Below are positions 7,638-16,823 of a stretch of 20,000 nt of DNA, piece after piece. The notes beneath the pieces are model-generated. The model saw nothing but the letters and a program-made list of their open reading frames with translations. It searched no databases and had not been told where the DNA came from. Origin of the DNA: an uncultured virus (IMG/VR IMGVR_UViG_3300006888_000001) (taxonomy: Duplodnaviria > Heunggongvirae > Uroviricota > Caudoviricetes); the IMG/VR virus record IMGVR_UViG_3300006888_000001; one strand, written 5' to 3'. Numbering within the stretch: the stretch's first letter is position 1; each line of letters begins with the position of its first letter. The translations under genes were made by a program, and so were the position numbers.

Positions 7638-7991
7638 GTGGTCAAGGAGGGGCGTCTGAGACCCAGGGATTACGTCTTTGACAGGGCCAGGGCGATGATG
7701 GCGATGGCTGAGGCCTTGGCCTGCTGGGCACACGAGGATCCCCCGGTTGTCGGACTGGCGCTGCGACCCCTGCTCGAAGTCTTGCCGCCGTGCGTGTCCC
7801 GTAAGGAAGTTTCAACCCTGCTTGGCATCCCCGTGTCCGCCAAGACCCTGCGCAACCTTGATTCCTTGGGAAAGGGGCCGAGAATGCGTTTCAAGGACGA
7901 GTGTTCGGGGGCCGTGCTGTATCCGGCTCCGTTTCTGTTGGAATGGATCGAGAGAAGGGGCCTTGTGCTCCTGGTTGCAAAGACGATGTAG
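7638..7991 (+). CDS. Excisionase/AlpA-like winged HTH protein
   Basis: VSRKEVSTLLGIPVSAKTLRNLDSLGKGP...VLY....LLEWIE pattern. The start codon is uncertain. Confidence 0.6.
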   Translation: MVKEGRLRPRDYVFDRARAMMAMAEALACWAHEDPPVVGLALRPLLEVLPPCVSRKEVSTLLGIPVSAKTLRNLDSLGKGPRMRFKDECSGAVLYPAPFLLEWIERRGLVLLVAKTM

Positions 7992-8053
7992 ACCATCGCC
8001 TTGAAACGCTGGAACCGGCTAAAGATATTGTGTTCACAGGAGGATTACGTTGT

Positions 8054-8332
8054 ATGATGCACGAAGAAATTTTCCGGGAAGAAGTCCGCGCCGCCATCGG
8101 ACAGATTGATTTTTCCAAGGTCAGCCGTCTTGCCGAATTGCAACAGAGGGTGACCCTTTCGGAAAAGGAAGTATCTGAACTGTATGGGTGGTCTACGCGG
8201 CTTCTGCAAGAGTGGCGCACCAAGGGGATTGGTCCGCGCTATATCAAGGGGGCCATGAAAGTTACCTATCGGCGCTCCGATCTTGATGCATACGTTTCAG
8301 CTCAGGCGGTCAAGACACGTGACCAGCTGTAA
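8054..8332 (+). CDS. Excisionase-like HTH (HTH_17-type) protein
   Basis: AGGAGG RBS near 8038-8043. LSEKEVSELYGWSTRLLQEWRTKGIGPRYIK....VTYRRSDLDAYV. Its 3' end overlaps the 3' end of the integrase. Confidence 0.8.
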   Translation: MMHEEIFREEVRAAIGQIDFSKVSRLAELQQRVTLSEKEVSELYGWSTRLLQEWRTKGIGPRYIKGAMKVTYRRSDLDAYVSAQAVKTRDQL

Positions 8333-9422
8333 TCTTTCCAATACGCAATGCTGCCGTCCGCGTGCCGGTAGGGCACAAGTGCGAGTATCGGCGAGTCATC
8401 GTTTCGTTCGAGTGACCGAGCAGGGAGCCGACAGTGTAAAGGGGCTCTCCGGCCTGCACCAACCAGCTGGCGAAAGTGTGGCGCAGGGTGTGAAAGACCA
8501 CCTTGCCCAGGGGATCCGTGATCCCGTCATTGAGGCCGAGGGCGTCAACGGCCCGGCGGAAGCTGTCGCTGACCTCCGAGGCCTGCTTTCCGTTGCGATC
8601 CGGGAAGACGTAATTTCCGGGCGCGGGATTGATGCGACGGAAAATTTCTATGACAGCATCGGTCATGAAGGCCACTCTAGGCTTTCCCTTTTTGCCGTCG
8701 AGGATCTGGATGGTGCCGGAGTGCATGTCCAGGTGGAAGCCCTTGAGCCGGAAAAGTTCCCCGCGTCTCATGCCGGTGTGCAAAGAGACATCGCACAGGT
8801 TGCGCAGGGCAGGGGAGCGGCGGCCGAGTTCATCCATCAGAGCTGCTGCTTCGGGCACGGTCAGGAACCGAAAGCGCTCGTTGTGGACGTCCGGCATATC
8901 GAACTTGGGCATTTGGCCGGTCCACAGTCCCCAATCCTGGCATTTGCGCATGATGCGGCGGAGCTGGGCCAGGACGTGCTTGACTGTCTGCGGCCCGAGG
9001 TCTTTTGCCTGCAGGTCCTTGGCCAGGCGATCGATGTCTGTGGCCGAGATTTCGTGCAGGCACCTTCGGCCCAAGGCTGGCTCTATGTGGTTTTTGAAGC
9101 GGCTCAGGTCCATGGGTTCGGATGGTCTGCCGGCGATATAGCCTTTGCGGTATTTCTCCCATGCATCTGCGATGGTCACAGGCGGGAGGTCTGTAGGCAG
9201 GGTGTCGGAGTGGCGCAGGGTTCGGATGCGTTCGCTCCTGACTTGCGCGGCCAGGGCGGCGTTGATACCATCGCTTCGCCGGCCGACCTTCTCCCATTTC
9301 TTGCGCTGACCGATTTTGTATGTGATGTAAAAGCATGTGTCCGGCTTGCCCATGAAGGTGCGGCCTTCAGTGTCTCGCTGGTATACTCCGATGTGCTTGG
9401 TCTTCTTCCGGTCACCGCTCAT
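8310..9422 (-). CDS. int: Tyrosine recombinase / site-specific integrase
   Basis: HTGMRRGE (R), FHTLRH (HxxR), LLGH and TRRYSH (Y). N-terminal arm-binding-like region. AGGAGG RBS. Confidence 0.95.
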   Translation of the reverse strand: MSGDRKKTKHIGVYQRDTEGRTFMGKPDTCFYITYKIGQRKKWEKVGRRSDGINAALAAQVRSERIRTLRHSDTLPTDLPPVTIADAWEKYRKGYIAGRPSEPMDLSRFKNHIEPALGRRCLHEISATDIDRLAKDLQAKDLGPQTVKHVLAQLRRIMRKCQDWGLWTGQMPKFDMPDVHNERFRFLTVPEAAALMDELGRRSPALRNLCDVSLHTGMRRGELFRLKGFHLDMHSGTIQILDGKKGKPRVAFMTDAVIEIFRRINPAPGNYVFPDRNGKQASEVSDSFRRAVDALGLNDGITDPLGKVVFHTLRHTFASWLVQAGEPLYTVGSLLGHSNETMTRRYSHLCPTGTRTAALRIGKITAGHVS

Positions 9423-9520
9423 TTTTCTACCCTCCTGCTACCCTGCGAGTGCAAAAGTATGCGGTTTTCTGCCCTAGGCACAATTAGTACCAGCACTGAA
9501 ATTACAGCAGGATACAGCAG
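9423..9520. repeat. Short direct repeats between int and the att core (candidate arm-type and Xis sites)
   Basis: CTACCCT at 9427-9433 and 9438-9444, CTGCCCT at 9469-9475, and TACAGCAG at 9503-9510 and 9513-9520. Confidence 0.5.
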
Positions 9521-9549
9521 AAAAAAGCATACGAGAAGGGCGTCCGGCC

Positions 9550-9597
9550 AGCCTCCGGAGCTAAAGGCCGCAAGTTCGATTCTTGCATTGCGCACCA
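9550..9597 (+). pseudogene. 3' half of tRNA-Arg(CCG), an att-site duplication rather than an intact tRNA
   Basis: AGC-CTCCGGA-GCT anticodon arm (CCG at 9555-9557), T arm GCAAG-TTCGATT-CTTGC, and acceptor 3' strand ATTGCGC-A-CCA. No D arm or 5' acceptor strand at the proper position upstream. Confidence 0.85.
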
Positions 9598-9601
9598 GAG
9601 A

Positions 9602-9639
9602 AATCAAGGGCTTACAGAAACAACCTGTAAGCCCTTTTT
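9602..9639 (+). terminator. Stem-loop with T tract after the tRNA fragment, overlapping an IHF consensus site
   Basis: AAGGGCTTACAG (9606-9617) pairs with CTGTAAGCCCTT (9625-9636), followed by TTT. AATCAAGGGCTTA at 9602-9614 matches WATCAANNNNTTR. Confidence 0.7.
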
Positions 9640-9641
9640 CT

Positions 9642-10442
9642 TTCCCCCACCATATCCCCCACCCGAAAGAGCCCGGCCAGCCTTGATTTCAGCGTGGTGG
9701 GGGAAGTCCCCCACTTTTGCTTCACCGGGCCACGGTCGCCATGGTGCAAGACAATCTGCAGAAAGTTCCCCCACCTCCACAAAAAAACCGACCTCAACTA
9801 TGAAGGCCGGGGAGTTTTCCTGCATGGCCAGAGGTCCACTTCTGCGTGGAAATAATCATTTTTTAAGCAAGTCGTCTTGGTTTGTTTATGATTCTGTTGC
9901 GCTTTTCCGCTTCGGGATCAAAAACATTTTGACAATTAGTACACTGATAACATCCATTGCCAAGGGGATTAAGCATTATCATCTTTTCAACAACTTGTAA
10001 GCATTGTGGGCAATATGGTCCGTCAAGTTCGCCATTTTTATTTTTGCTATATGGTAGTCTTGAAATCCATTCAATATTATTTTTAAATTCTAACAGTTTA
10101 TTTAAAGTCTCAATTTCTTTGTTTTTAATTATTATTAACCCATTTAATTTATTTATTTCATTCATAGCAACATTTAAATTCGTATATATTTCGCTTATTT
10201 TTGAATAAAGTTCTGCATTTTTACTTATGTTAATCATGCCTAGCAAGTTTGATGCGACATCTTTTGTATATTGCAATCCTGATATAACGGTGCTTGTAAG
10301 TCCTAATGCATCCATAGGTTCCTCCAGTATAAATAATTGATATTGAACGATTTCTTTGTCCGGCTGATAGCATAGAAGTGGTGGAGATGCAGCAAAAAAA
10401 AGTGCTGTCCCCACCTTCCCCCACCAAAAAAAGCCCCCCACC
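9642..10442. repeat. Eight copies of a (T)CCCCCACC-type motif in two clusters
   Basis: Copies at 9642-9651, 9654-9663, 9696-9705 (inverted), 9706-9715, 9766-9775, 10407-10415, 10416-10425 and 10433-10442. Confidence 0.7.
9863..10315 (-). CDS. Hypothetical protein: N-terminal helical/coiled-coil region plus C-terminal zinc ribbon (150 aa)
   Basis: GGAGG RBS before ATG 10315 (MDALGLTS...). GPYCPQC...CTNC. Very AT-rich. Confidence 0.7.
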   Translation of the reverse strand: MDALGLTSTVISGLQYTKDVASNLLGMINISKNAELYSKISEIYTNLNVAMNEINKLNGLIIIKNKEIETLNKLLEFKNNIEWISRLPYSKNKNGELDGPYCPQCLQVVEKMIMLNPLGNGCYQCTNCQNVFDPEAEKRNRIINKPRRLA

Positions 10443-10579
10443 CGGCGAACCAGGCAGGGGGATATATTCTGGGCCAATTTGCCAACTTTTCGATGTTAGA
10501 CATACTTTCCCTCTTGTCATTGTCTGTGAATGATGTGTATTCACACATTTTTTAAATCTGTGACGGAGAAATTGCAATC

Positions 10580-11413
10580 ATGGAAGAAGGAAAGAGATTT
10601 AGTCTTATATATTTAGATAAAGGTGCTCCGATTCAAGACAGCGAAAGGTTTAGAAGAAGAATTTATTCGTATATTAATCAAAATCACAGTTTATATGAAC
10701 AAGATTTCGGAAAAAAAATCGAATTAGACACTGGATCAAAAGTACCATTTCTATTAAATTATGGATATTCGATAACTAAATTTTTCGAAAAAAATGAAAT
10801 AAGAGATGTTTTAGATTCAATTACAATAATTAATGATATTTTGGTAATAAAACATGATAAACATGATAAATGGAAAGATTTTGTAAGCAAAGTTTTGAGG
10901 GAAGAAAATTTAGGATACATTCTTGATAAAAAAGGAGGTGTTCATTTTTATATTGATGAAGAATTTGAAAGGAACAGATTTTCGACTTTGTTAATGATTG
11001 ACAAGCAAAAGTATGTTGCAGTTCGTTCTGCTTATGAAGATGCTTATCGTCATTTTGATAGCAATCCTATTGATACAAAAGCAGCAGTTAGATCTTTGTT
11101 TGAGTCATTAGAAATACTTGTAAAGCAAATGGTTGTTGCGCAAAATTTGAATAAACGTATTGTAGAAAACGATTTAAAAAACAAATGCTTGCAGATATAC
11201 AATGGCGATGAAACTGCAAAGTTAGCTGTTTCGGCGATGTTCGATTCCTTTGCCTTGTGGGTTAATGGTATCCATTTATACCGCCATGGCCAGGATGACG
11301 CCCAACCAGTGAGGCCGCCTATTGATCTTGCAATTTATATTATGAGTAGCGGAAGTTCCTTTTTACGATGGTTGATTGAACTTAACGAAAAATTGATCGC
11401 GTTGGAACAATAA
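10580..11413 (+). CDS. AbiJ-NTD4-like / C-terminal HEPN-like abortive-infection family protein
   Basis: N-domain with 'RDVLDSIT...W..FV..VLREENLGY'. C-domain 'AYEDAY.HF.....DTKAAVRSLFESLE...YRHG' resembles AbiJ/Abi_C HEPN-like domains. AT-rich. Confidence 0.6.
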   Translation: MEEGKRFSLIYLDKGAPIQDSERFRRRIYSYINQNHSLYEQDFGKKIELDTGSKVPFLLNYGYSITKFFEKNEIRDVLDSITIINDILVIKHDKHDKWKDFVSKVLREENLGYILDKKGGVHFYIDEEFERNRFSTLLMIDKQKYVAVRSAYEDAYRHFDSNPIDTKAAVRSLFESLEILVKQMVVAQNLNKRIVENDLKNKCLQIYNGDETAKLAVSAMFDSFALWVNGIHLYRHGQDDAQPVRPPIDLAIYIMSSGSSFLRWLIELNEKLIALEQ

Positions 11414-11480
11414 TCCCGCCACTCTCCCCATCGCCATGTGGGCAGCAGGGGCGTCCTGTATCCAACGAACACCAGCACGA

Positions 11481-11960
11481 TCAGTATTTCCGAACCATCC
11501 CCGTCACCACGCCCCAGATATCCAGATCCTGCCCGGGTCTGATGCGCAGAGGCTGAAAATCCTTGTTCTCAGGATCAAGCACCCAGTGTCCGGATTTTCT
11601 GTTCAGACGTCGGACGCACATCTCACCATTCACCACCGTGACCACAATCATGCCATGCCTTGGCCCTATGGACCGGTCGACGATGAGAACATCTCCGTCG
11701 AGTATTCCGGCACCGGCCAGCGCGTCGTTCGTGACCCTCACCATGAAAGTGTCTGGAGGGTTCCTGATCATGTACCTGTTGAGATCTAACTCGGCTTCGA
11801 TGTAGTCGTCGGCAGGGGATGGGAAGCCGGCGGAAATACGATCGAGATAAAGCGGCAAGGATATGACCTTGGCGTTCTCGCTGACTGCCTGGCCGACAAT
11901 TTCAAACTGATTCAATTCAGGGTGATGAAACTTGACGATAGAAGCGGCACAGTTTTGCAT
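11481..11960 (-). CDS. umuD: UmuD-like S24 family protein with substituted Ser-Lys dyad
   Basis: ISAGFPSPADDYIEAELDLN signature and GILDGDVLIVDRS. The dyad positions are A80 and R117. Confidence 0.85.
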   Translation of the reverse strand: MQNCAASIVKFHHPELNQFEIVGQAVSENAKVISLPLYLDRISAGFPSPADDYIEAELDLNRYMIRNPPDTFMVRVTNDALAGAGILDGDVLIVDRSIGPRHGMIVVTVVNGEMCVRRLNRKSGHWVLDPENKDFQPLRIRPGQDLDIWGVVTGMVRKY

Positions 11961-12154
11961 GGAGAACCTGCTTGATATGGAGATAGAGCGATGGAGAATT
12001 TGTTACATGGAAAACGGTAGACATCAAACGACAAATTCTTCTTGTGTCATACGGTAGTTATACCCTAAAAACACCCGTGGATTTCCGGCCTGCCCGGTCT
12101 TTTATTCAACCTGTGTGCTGGCTCACTTGCCGCACCTCTTCATTTTGGGACACC

Positions 12155-13609
12155 ATGTTCGAACAAGCATTCAAGAATATCGACGACGCGCTCTGGAAAG
12201 AGAGCGGCTGCACTACGGAACTCGACTACACGGAGCAGACATCCTGGCTCCTTTTTCTCAAATACCTCGACGCGCTGGAACAGGACAAGGCCACGGAAGC
12301 GGCCTTGGAAGGACGGGAGTATTCGTTCATCCTTGATGCGCCCTATCGCTGGGAGGTGTGGGCCGCGCCAAAGAACGGCGGTGGCAAGCTGGACCACAAC
12401 AAGGCCATGACCGGGGATGATCTGGTCGATTTCGTGGACCGCAAGCTGTTCCCCTATCTGCACGGTTTCAAGCAGCGGGCCACCGGGCCGGATACCATCG
12501 AATACAAGATCGGCGAGATTTTCGGCGAGATCAAAAACAAGATCCGCAGCGGCTACACCCTGCGCGACATTATCGACCACGTGGACGAACTGCGTTTCGG
12601 CTCCCAGAGCGAAAAACACGAACTTTCCGCCCTGTACGAAGAGAAGATCAAGCGCATGGGCAACGCGGGCCGAAATGGCGGGGAATACTACACGCCGCGC
12701 CCGCTCATCCGGGCCATGATCCAGGTCACGCAGCCCAAGATAGGCGAGCGCATCTATGACGGCGCCTGCGGCTCGGCGGGATTTCTGTGCGAATCCTTCG
12801 CCTACCTCTCGGCCAAGCCAAACCTGACCACGGACGACCTCAAAACCCTTCAGGAACGCACTTTCTACGGCAAAGAAAAGAAGTCCCTCGCCTACGTCAT
12901 CGCCATCATGAACATGATCCTGCATGGCATCGAGGCCCCGAATATCGTCCACACCAACACCCTGAGCGAAAACCTGGCCGACATCCAGGACAAGGACCGC
13001 TTCGACGTGATCCTGGCCAACCCGCCCTTCGGCGGCAAGGAGCGCAAAGAGGTCCAGCAGAACTTCCCCATCCGCACGGGCGAGACGGCCTTCCTCTTCC
13101 TGCAGCACTTCATCAAAATGCTCAAAGCTGGCGGCCGCGCGGCCGTGGTCATCAAGAACACGTTCCTGTCCAACTCGGACAATGCTTCCGTCTCTCTACG
13201 CAAGCTCCTGCTCGAAAACTGCGACCTGCACACGGTGCTCGATTGCCCCGGCGGCACGTTCCAGGGCGCGGGAGTGAAAACCGTGGTCCTCTTCTTCGAA
13301 AAGGGCCGCCCTACACGCAATGTCTGGTTCTACCAACTCAATCCAGGCCGCAGCATGGGCAAGACCACGGCTTTGAACGATGCCGACTTGGTCGAGTTTG
13401 TAGAACTGCAGAAAAGCAGGGCCGACTCGCCCAAAAGTTGGAGCGTGGACGTTTCCCAGATTGGCCATGCGAGCTTTGACCTCTCAGTCAAGAATCCGAA
13501 CAACGGCGAGGAAGTAAAGCACCGCAGCCCGCAGGAGATCATGGACGAAATCGTGGCGCTGGACGTCGAGAGCGCGGAAGTGCTGGCCAACATTAAGGCA
13601 CTACTATGA
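12155..13609 (+). CDS. hsdM: Type I R-M methyltransferase subunit (484 aa)
   Basis: MFEQAFKNIDD start, GEYYTPR, IYDGACGSAGFL (motif I) and LANPPFGG (motif IV). Confidence 0.95.
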   Translation: MFEQAFKNIDDALWKESGCTTELDYTEQTSWLLFLKYLDALEQDKATEAALEGREYSFILDAPYRWEVWAAPKNGGGKLDHNKAMTGDDLVDFVDRKLFPYLHGFKQRATGPDTIEYKIGEIFGEIKNKIRSGYTLRDIIDHVDELRFGSQSEKHELSALYEEKIKRMGNAGRNGGEYYTPRPLIRAMIQVTQPKIGERIYDGACGSAGFLCESFAYLSAKPNLTTDDLKTLQERTFYGKEKKSLAYVIAIMNMILHGIEAPNIVHTNTLSENLADIQDKDRFDVILANPPFGGKERKEVQQNFPIRTGETAFLFLQHFIKMLKAGGRAAVVIKNTFLSNSDNASVSLRKLLLENCDLHTVLDCPGGTFQGAGVKTVVLFFEKGRPTRNVWFYQLNPGRSMGKTTALNDADLVEFVELQKSRADSPKSWSVDVSQIGHASFDLSVKNPNNGEEVKHRSPQEIMDEIVALDVESAEVLANIKALL

Positions 13610-14820
13610 AGCAGGGGTGGCAGACCAAAAAACTGAGCGAAGTCTCCTACGTGTTCGACGGACCGCACGCGACACCGAAGACCGTTGATTCTGGTCCGAT
13701 ATTTCTGGGGGTAGGCGCGCTTCAAGATGGCGTCATCAATCTCAGAGAAACGCGGCATGTTACCGAAGAGGACTTCAAGCAATGGACTCGACGAGTTTGC
13801 CCACAGCAAAACGATGTAGTGTTTTCTTATGAAACCAGAATAGGCCAAGCTGCAATTATACCTGAAGGTTTAGATTGTTGCCTTGGTCGACGTATGGGCT
13901 TAGTTCGTTTCAAAGATAACACGGTTGATCCTCAATTCTTTTTATACCAGTATATTTCTCCTCAGTTTCAAAATTTTCTTGAAACTAAGACAATACATGG
14001 TGCGACTGTTGATCGTATTTCGATTAAAGAATTCCCTTGTTTTTCAATAACTGTGCCTCCGCTCCCCGAACAGCAACGAATCGTCGCCATCCTCGACGAA
14101 GCTTTTGCGGGCCTCGCCACTGCCAAAACCAACGTCGAAAAGAACCTCCATAATGCCCGCGCCCTCTTCGAAAGCCATCTCCACGCCGTCTTCACCCAGC
14201 GCGGTCCAGGATGGATGGAGAAACAATTCGAGGAGTTGATCGAGAGCAACATCATAGGGCTTACCAAAAGCAGTCGAGATCAAGACGAAGACAAATCTTT
14301 CCCATATGTGAAAATGAACAATATCACGCGTGACAATCGGTTTGACTTCTCCAATTTCACATGTGTTGACGCTACTACCGAAGAAGTGAGCAAATTTTCG
14401 CTCATGGATGGCGACTTTCTGTTTAACACGAGAAACAGCCATGAATTGGTCGGAAAATCCTGCATCTATGAATCCGACTCGAATGATATCGTATTGTATA
14501 ATAACAATATCATGCGAGTCAGATTCCGGCGCGGCGTTGATGCCAGATTTGTCCTTTTTGCGTTCTCGTTCAAAGACGTTGCTGATGAACTGAATGCATT
14601 GAAAAGCGGCACGACCAATGTTTCGGCCATCTACTTTAAAAATTTGAAGTCACTGACTATTCCCATTCCTTCAATGACGGAACAAAAGATGATCGCCGCG
14701 AGGCTGGAATCGCTCGTGGCAGAAACCCAACGCCTCGCCGTAATCTACGAGCGGAAGCTCACCGGACTGGATGCGTTGAAAAAATCCCTACTGCACCAAA
14801 CCTTCAGCGGCCAACTCTGA
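13606..14820 (+). CDS. hsdS: Type I R-M specificity subunit
   Basis: ATGA overlap with hsdM. Two TRDs with conserved spacers [17 protein letters not shown] and [16 protein letters not shown]...[11 protein letters not shown]. Confidence 0.95.
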   Translation: MKQGWQTKKLSEVSYVFDGPHATPKTVDSGPIFLGVGALQDGVINLRETRHVTEEDFKQWTRRVCPQQNDVVFSYETRIGQAAIIPEGLDCCLGRRMGLVRFKDNTVDPQFFLYQYISPQFQNFLETKTIHGATVDRISIKEFPCFSITVPPLPEQQRIVAILDEAFAGLATAKTNVEKNLHNARALFESHLHAVFTQRGPGWMEKQFEELIESNIIGLTKSSRDQDEDKSFPYVKMNNITRDNRFDFSNFTCVDATTEEVSKFSLMDGDFLFNTRNSHELVGKSCIYESDSNDIVLYNNNIMRVRFRRGVDARFVLFAFSFKDVADELNALKSGTTNVSAIYFKNLKSLTIPIPSMTEQKMIAARLESLVAETQRLAVIYERKLTGLDALKKSLLHQTFSGQL

Positions 14821-14846
14821 TCACCACACCTCGGAGCAACAATACA

Positions 14847-16643
14847 ATGGCCACGCAACGCTACTCAGTAACCCCTCACCCAATCGAAACTCTCCTGACC
14901 TGGGTGAAATCCGGCGAAATCGCCATCCCCGAAATCCAGCGTCCCTTTGTCTGGGAAGCGACCAAAGTTCGCAACCTGCTTGATTCCTTGTATCAGGGCT
15001 ATCCGGTGGGCTATCTGATCGCCTGGCGCAATCCCAAGGTCAAACTGAAGGACGGCTCCATCTCCATTGGCAAGCGCATCCTCATCGACGGCCAGCAGCG
15101 AGTCACGGCGCTCATGGCGGCCCTTCTTGGCCAGGAAGTGCTGACTGACGACTACGAGACGCGGCAGATCCAGATCGCCTTCAATCCACAAAACGAGACA
15201 TTCGAAGTAGCCAACCCGGCCATCCGCAAAGATTCGGCTTGGCTGCCGGATGTGGCGCAGGTTTTTGCCACGAACGCCAGCATTTTCCAGATGGTCGAGG
15301 CCTATTGTGCGGTCAATCCCGATGTCTCGAAAGACGATGTCTACAAGGTGATCGAAAAGCTGCGCGGCATCATCCACAACCATGTGGGCATCATCGAGTT
15401 GGCGGAAGATCTGGATATCGAGACAGTGACCGAAATCTTCATCCGCGTGAACTCGGCCGGAGCCCCTCTGTCGCAAGCCGACTTCGCCATGTCCAAGATC
15501 GCGGTGAACGAGACCTACGGTGGCAACATGCTGCGCAAGGCCATCGACTATTTCTGCCATCTCGCCGTGGCCCCTGAATTTCTTTCCAAGATCAAGAAGG
15601 GCGACAAGGCCTTCATCGAATCCGAATTCTTCGACAAGATGAAGTGGGTCGCCGACGTCAATGACGACATCTATGATCCGACCTACACCGACATGCTGCG
15701 CGTCGCCTTCACCTCGGAATTCGGACGCGGGAAACTGCAAGACCTCGTGGCCCTGCTCTCGGGTCGCAATTTCGAGACCAAGCAATACGAGGAAGCCATT
15801 GCGGAAGAGTCGTTTGCAAAGCTCAAAAACGGCATTCACGCGTTCATCAACAAGACTCACTTCGACCGCATCGTCATGATCCTGCGGTCGGCGGGTTTCA
15901 TCGTCAGCAACCTGGTCGGCAGCCAGAACGCCGTCAATTTCGCCTATATCCTCTATCTGCGCGGCCGCTCGGAAAAAGTGCCTGCCGACGAACTGGAACG
16001 CCTGGTGCGCCGCTGGTTCGTCATGTCCATGCTGAGCAAGCGTTACAGCAGCGCCCCGGAATCGACCATCGACTTCGATATCCGTCAGATTGATAACAGA
16101 GGTGTGGTTGCGTATGCGGATGCGGTGATTCCCAACGAACTGCCGGACAGTTTCTGGACAGGCATGCTGCCGCAGTTCCTTGATACGTCTTCAAGCATCA
16201 GCCCCTATTTTCGCTGCTATCAGGCCGCGCAGATCAAACTCGGGGACCGGGGCTTTCTTTCCCGCGACATCACCGTGGCGGACCTGCTTCTGAACCGGGC
16301 CGACGTACATCACGTCTATCCCAAAAAGCATCTCAAGGATGCTGGATTGTCACGCGGGAGCTACAACCAGATCGCCAACTTCGTGATCGCCCAGAATGAG
16401 ATCAACATCGCAATCGGTGCCAAGGCCCCTGCCGTCTATTTTGCGGAACTGGCTGAACAAGCCCAAGGCGGTATGAAGAAATACGGGGGCATCACGGACA
16501 AAGACGTTTTGCATGCAAATCTGCGCATGAACTGCATTCCGGACGGCCTGCTCACTGGCGCAATCACGGAATACAGTGATTTTCTCGAAGAGCGGCGCAA
16601 ATTGATGGCCTTGAAAATGAAAGATTGGTTCGAGGTGTTGTGA
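14847..16643 (+). CDS. GmrSD-like restriction protein (DUF262 plus C-terminal HNH-like/DUF1524 domain)
   Basis: [17 protein letters not shown] and IFIRVNSAG (DUF262). DVHHVYPK...NQIANF.....INI (His-Me finger-like). Confidence 0.85.
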   Translation: MATQRYSVTPHPIETLLTWVKSGEIAIPEIQRPFVWEATKVRNLLDSLYQGYPVGYLIAWRNPKVKLKDGSISIGKRILIDGQQRVTALMAALLGQEVLTDDYETRQIQIAFNPQNETFEVANPAIRKDSAWLPDVAQVFATNASIFQMVEAYCAVNPDVSKDDVYKVIEKLRGIIHNHVGIIELAEDLDIETVTEIFIRVNSAGAPLSQADFAMSKIAVNETYGGNMLRKAIDYFCHLAVAPEFLSKIKKGDKAFIESEFFDKMKWVADVNDDIYDPTYTDMLRVAFTSEFGRGKLQDLVALLSGRNFETKQYEEAIAEESFAKLKNGIHAFINKTHFDRIVMILRSAGFIVSNLVGSQNAVNFAYILYLRGRSEKVPADELERLVRRWFVMSMLSKRYSSAPESTIDFDIRQIDNRGVVAYADAVIPNELPDSFWTGMLPQFLDTSSSISPYFRCYQAAQIKLGDRGFLSRDITVADLLLNRADVHHVYPKKHLKDAGLSRGSYNQIANFVIAQNEINIAIGAKAPAVYFAELAEQAQGGMKKYGGITDKDVLHANLRMNCIPDGLLTGAITEYSDFLEERRKLMALKMKDWFEVL

Positions 16644-16774
16644 TGATTCAGGACCGGGACATTGCCTTGATCGAGGAGCTTCGCGCCCAGCCCGACGAAT
16701 CGGCTTGGCTGGAGTTCAAGAGAGACAACGATGACTCGGAGATATTCGACAAATGCTACGCATTAAAGCCCTAG
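16643..16774 (+). pseudogene. Truncated 5' remnant of an AlbA_2/Schlafen-domain gene (43 aa)
   Basis: TGATG coupling to the upstream gene. [43 protein letters not shown] contains the E..WLEFK motif and then breaks into AT-rich DNA. Confidence 0.7.
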
Positions 16775-16823
16775 GTACTCGATATATGTTTCGCGGAAGT
16801 AATACTATTTTAAGGAAATTTTC

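Larger units (their letters stand above)
6529..9597. mobile_element. Control and integration module plus right attachment site of an element integrated at tRNA-Arg(CCG); left boundary not located
   Basis: cI/cro switch, two Xis-like genes, and an integrase adjacent to a tRNA 3' fragment. Confidence 0.75.

Noticed and set aside
8310..9422. Integron integrase (IntI) serving the attC at 5678-5746
   Set aside because: I see no IntI-specific insertion. It has an N-terminal arm-binding-like region and sits beside a tRNA att site with Xis genes, as for a phage or island integrase.
9520..9597. Intact tRNA-Arg gene
   Set aside because: There is no D arm or 5' acceptor strand, and anticodon-stem pairing fails upstream of 9550. 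Only the 3' half is present.
8283..9686. 467-aa plus-strand ORF
   Set aside because: It is the antisense shadow of the GC-rich integrase, runs through the att site, and has no recognisable motifs.
9642..10442. CRISPR array or iteron-type replication origin
   Set aside because: The repeats are only about 9-10 bp, irregularly spaced and in mixed orientation, and no cas or rep gene is present.
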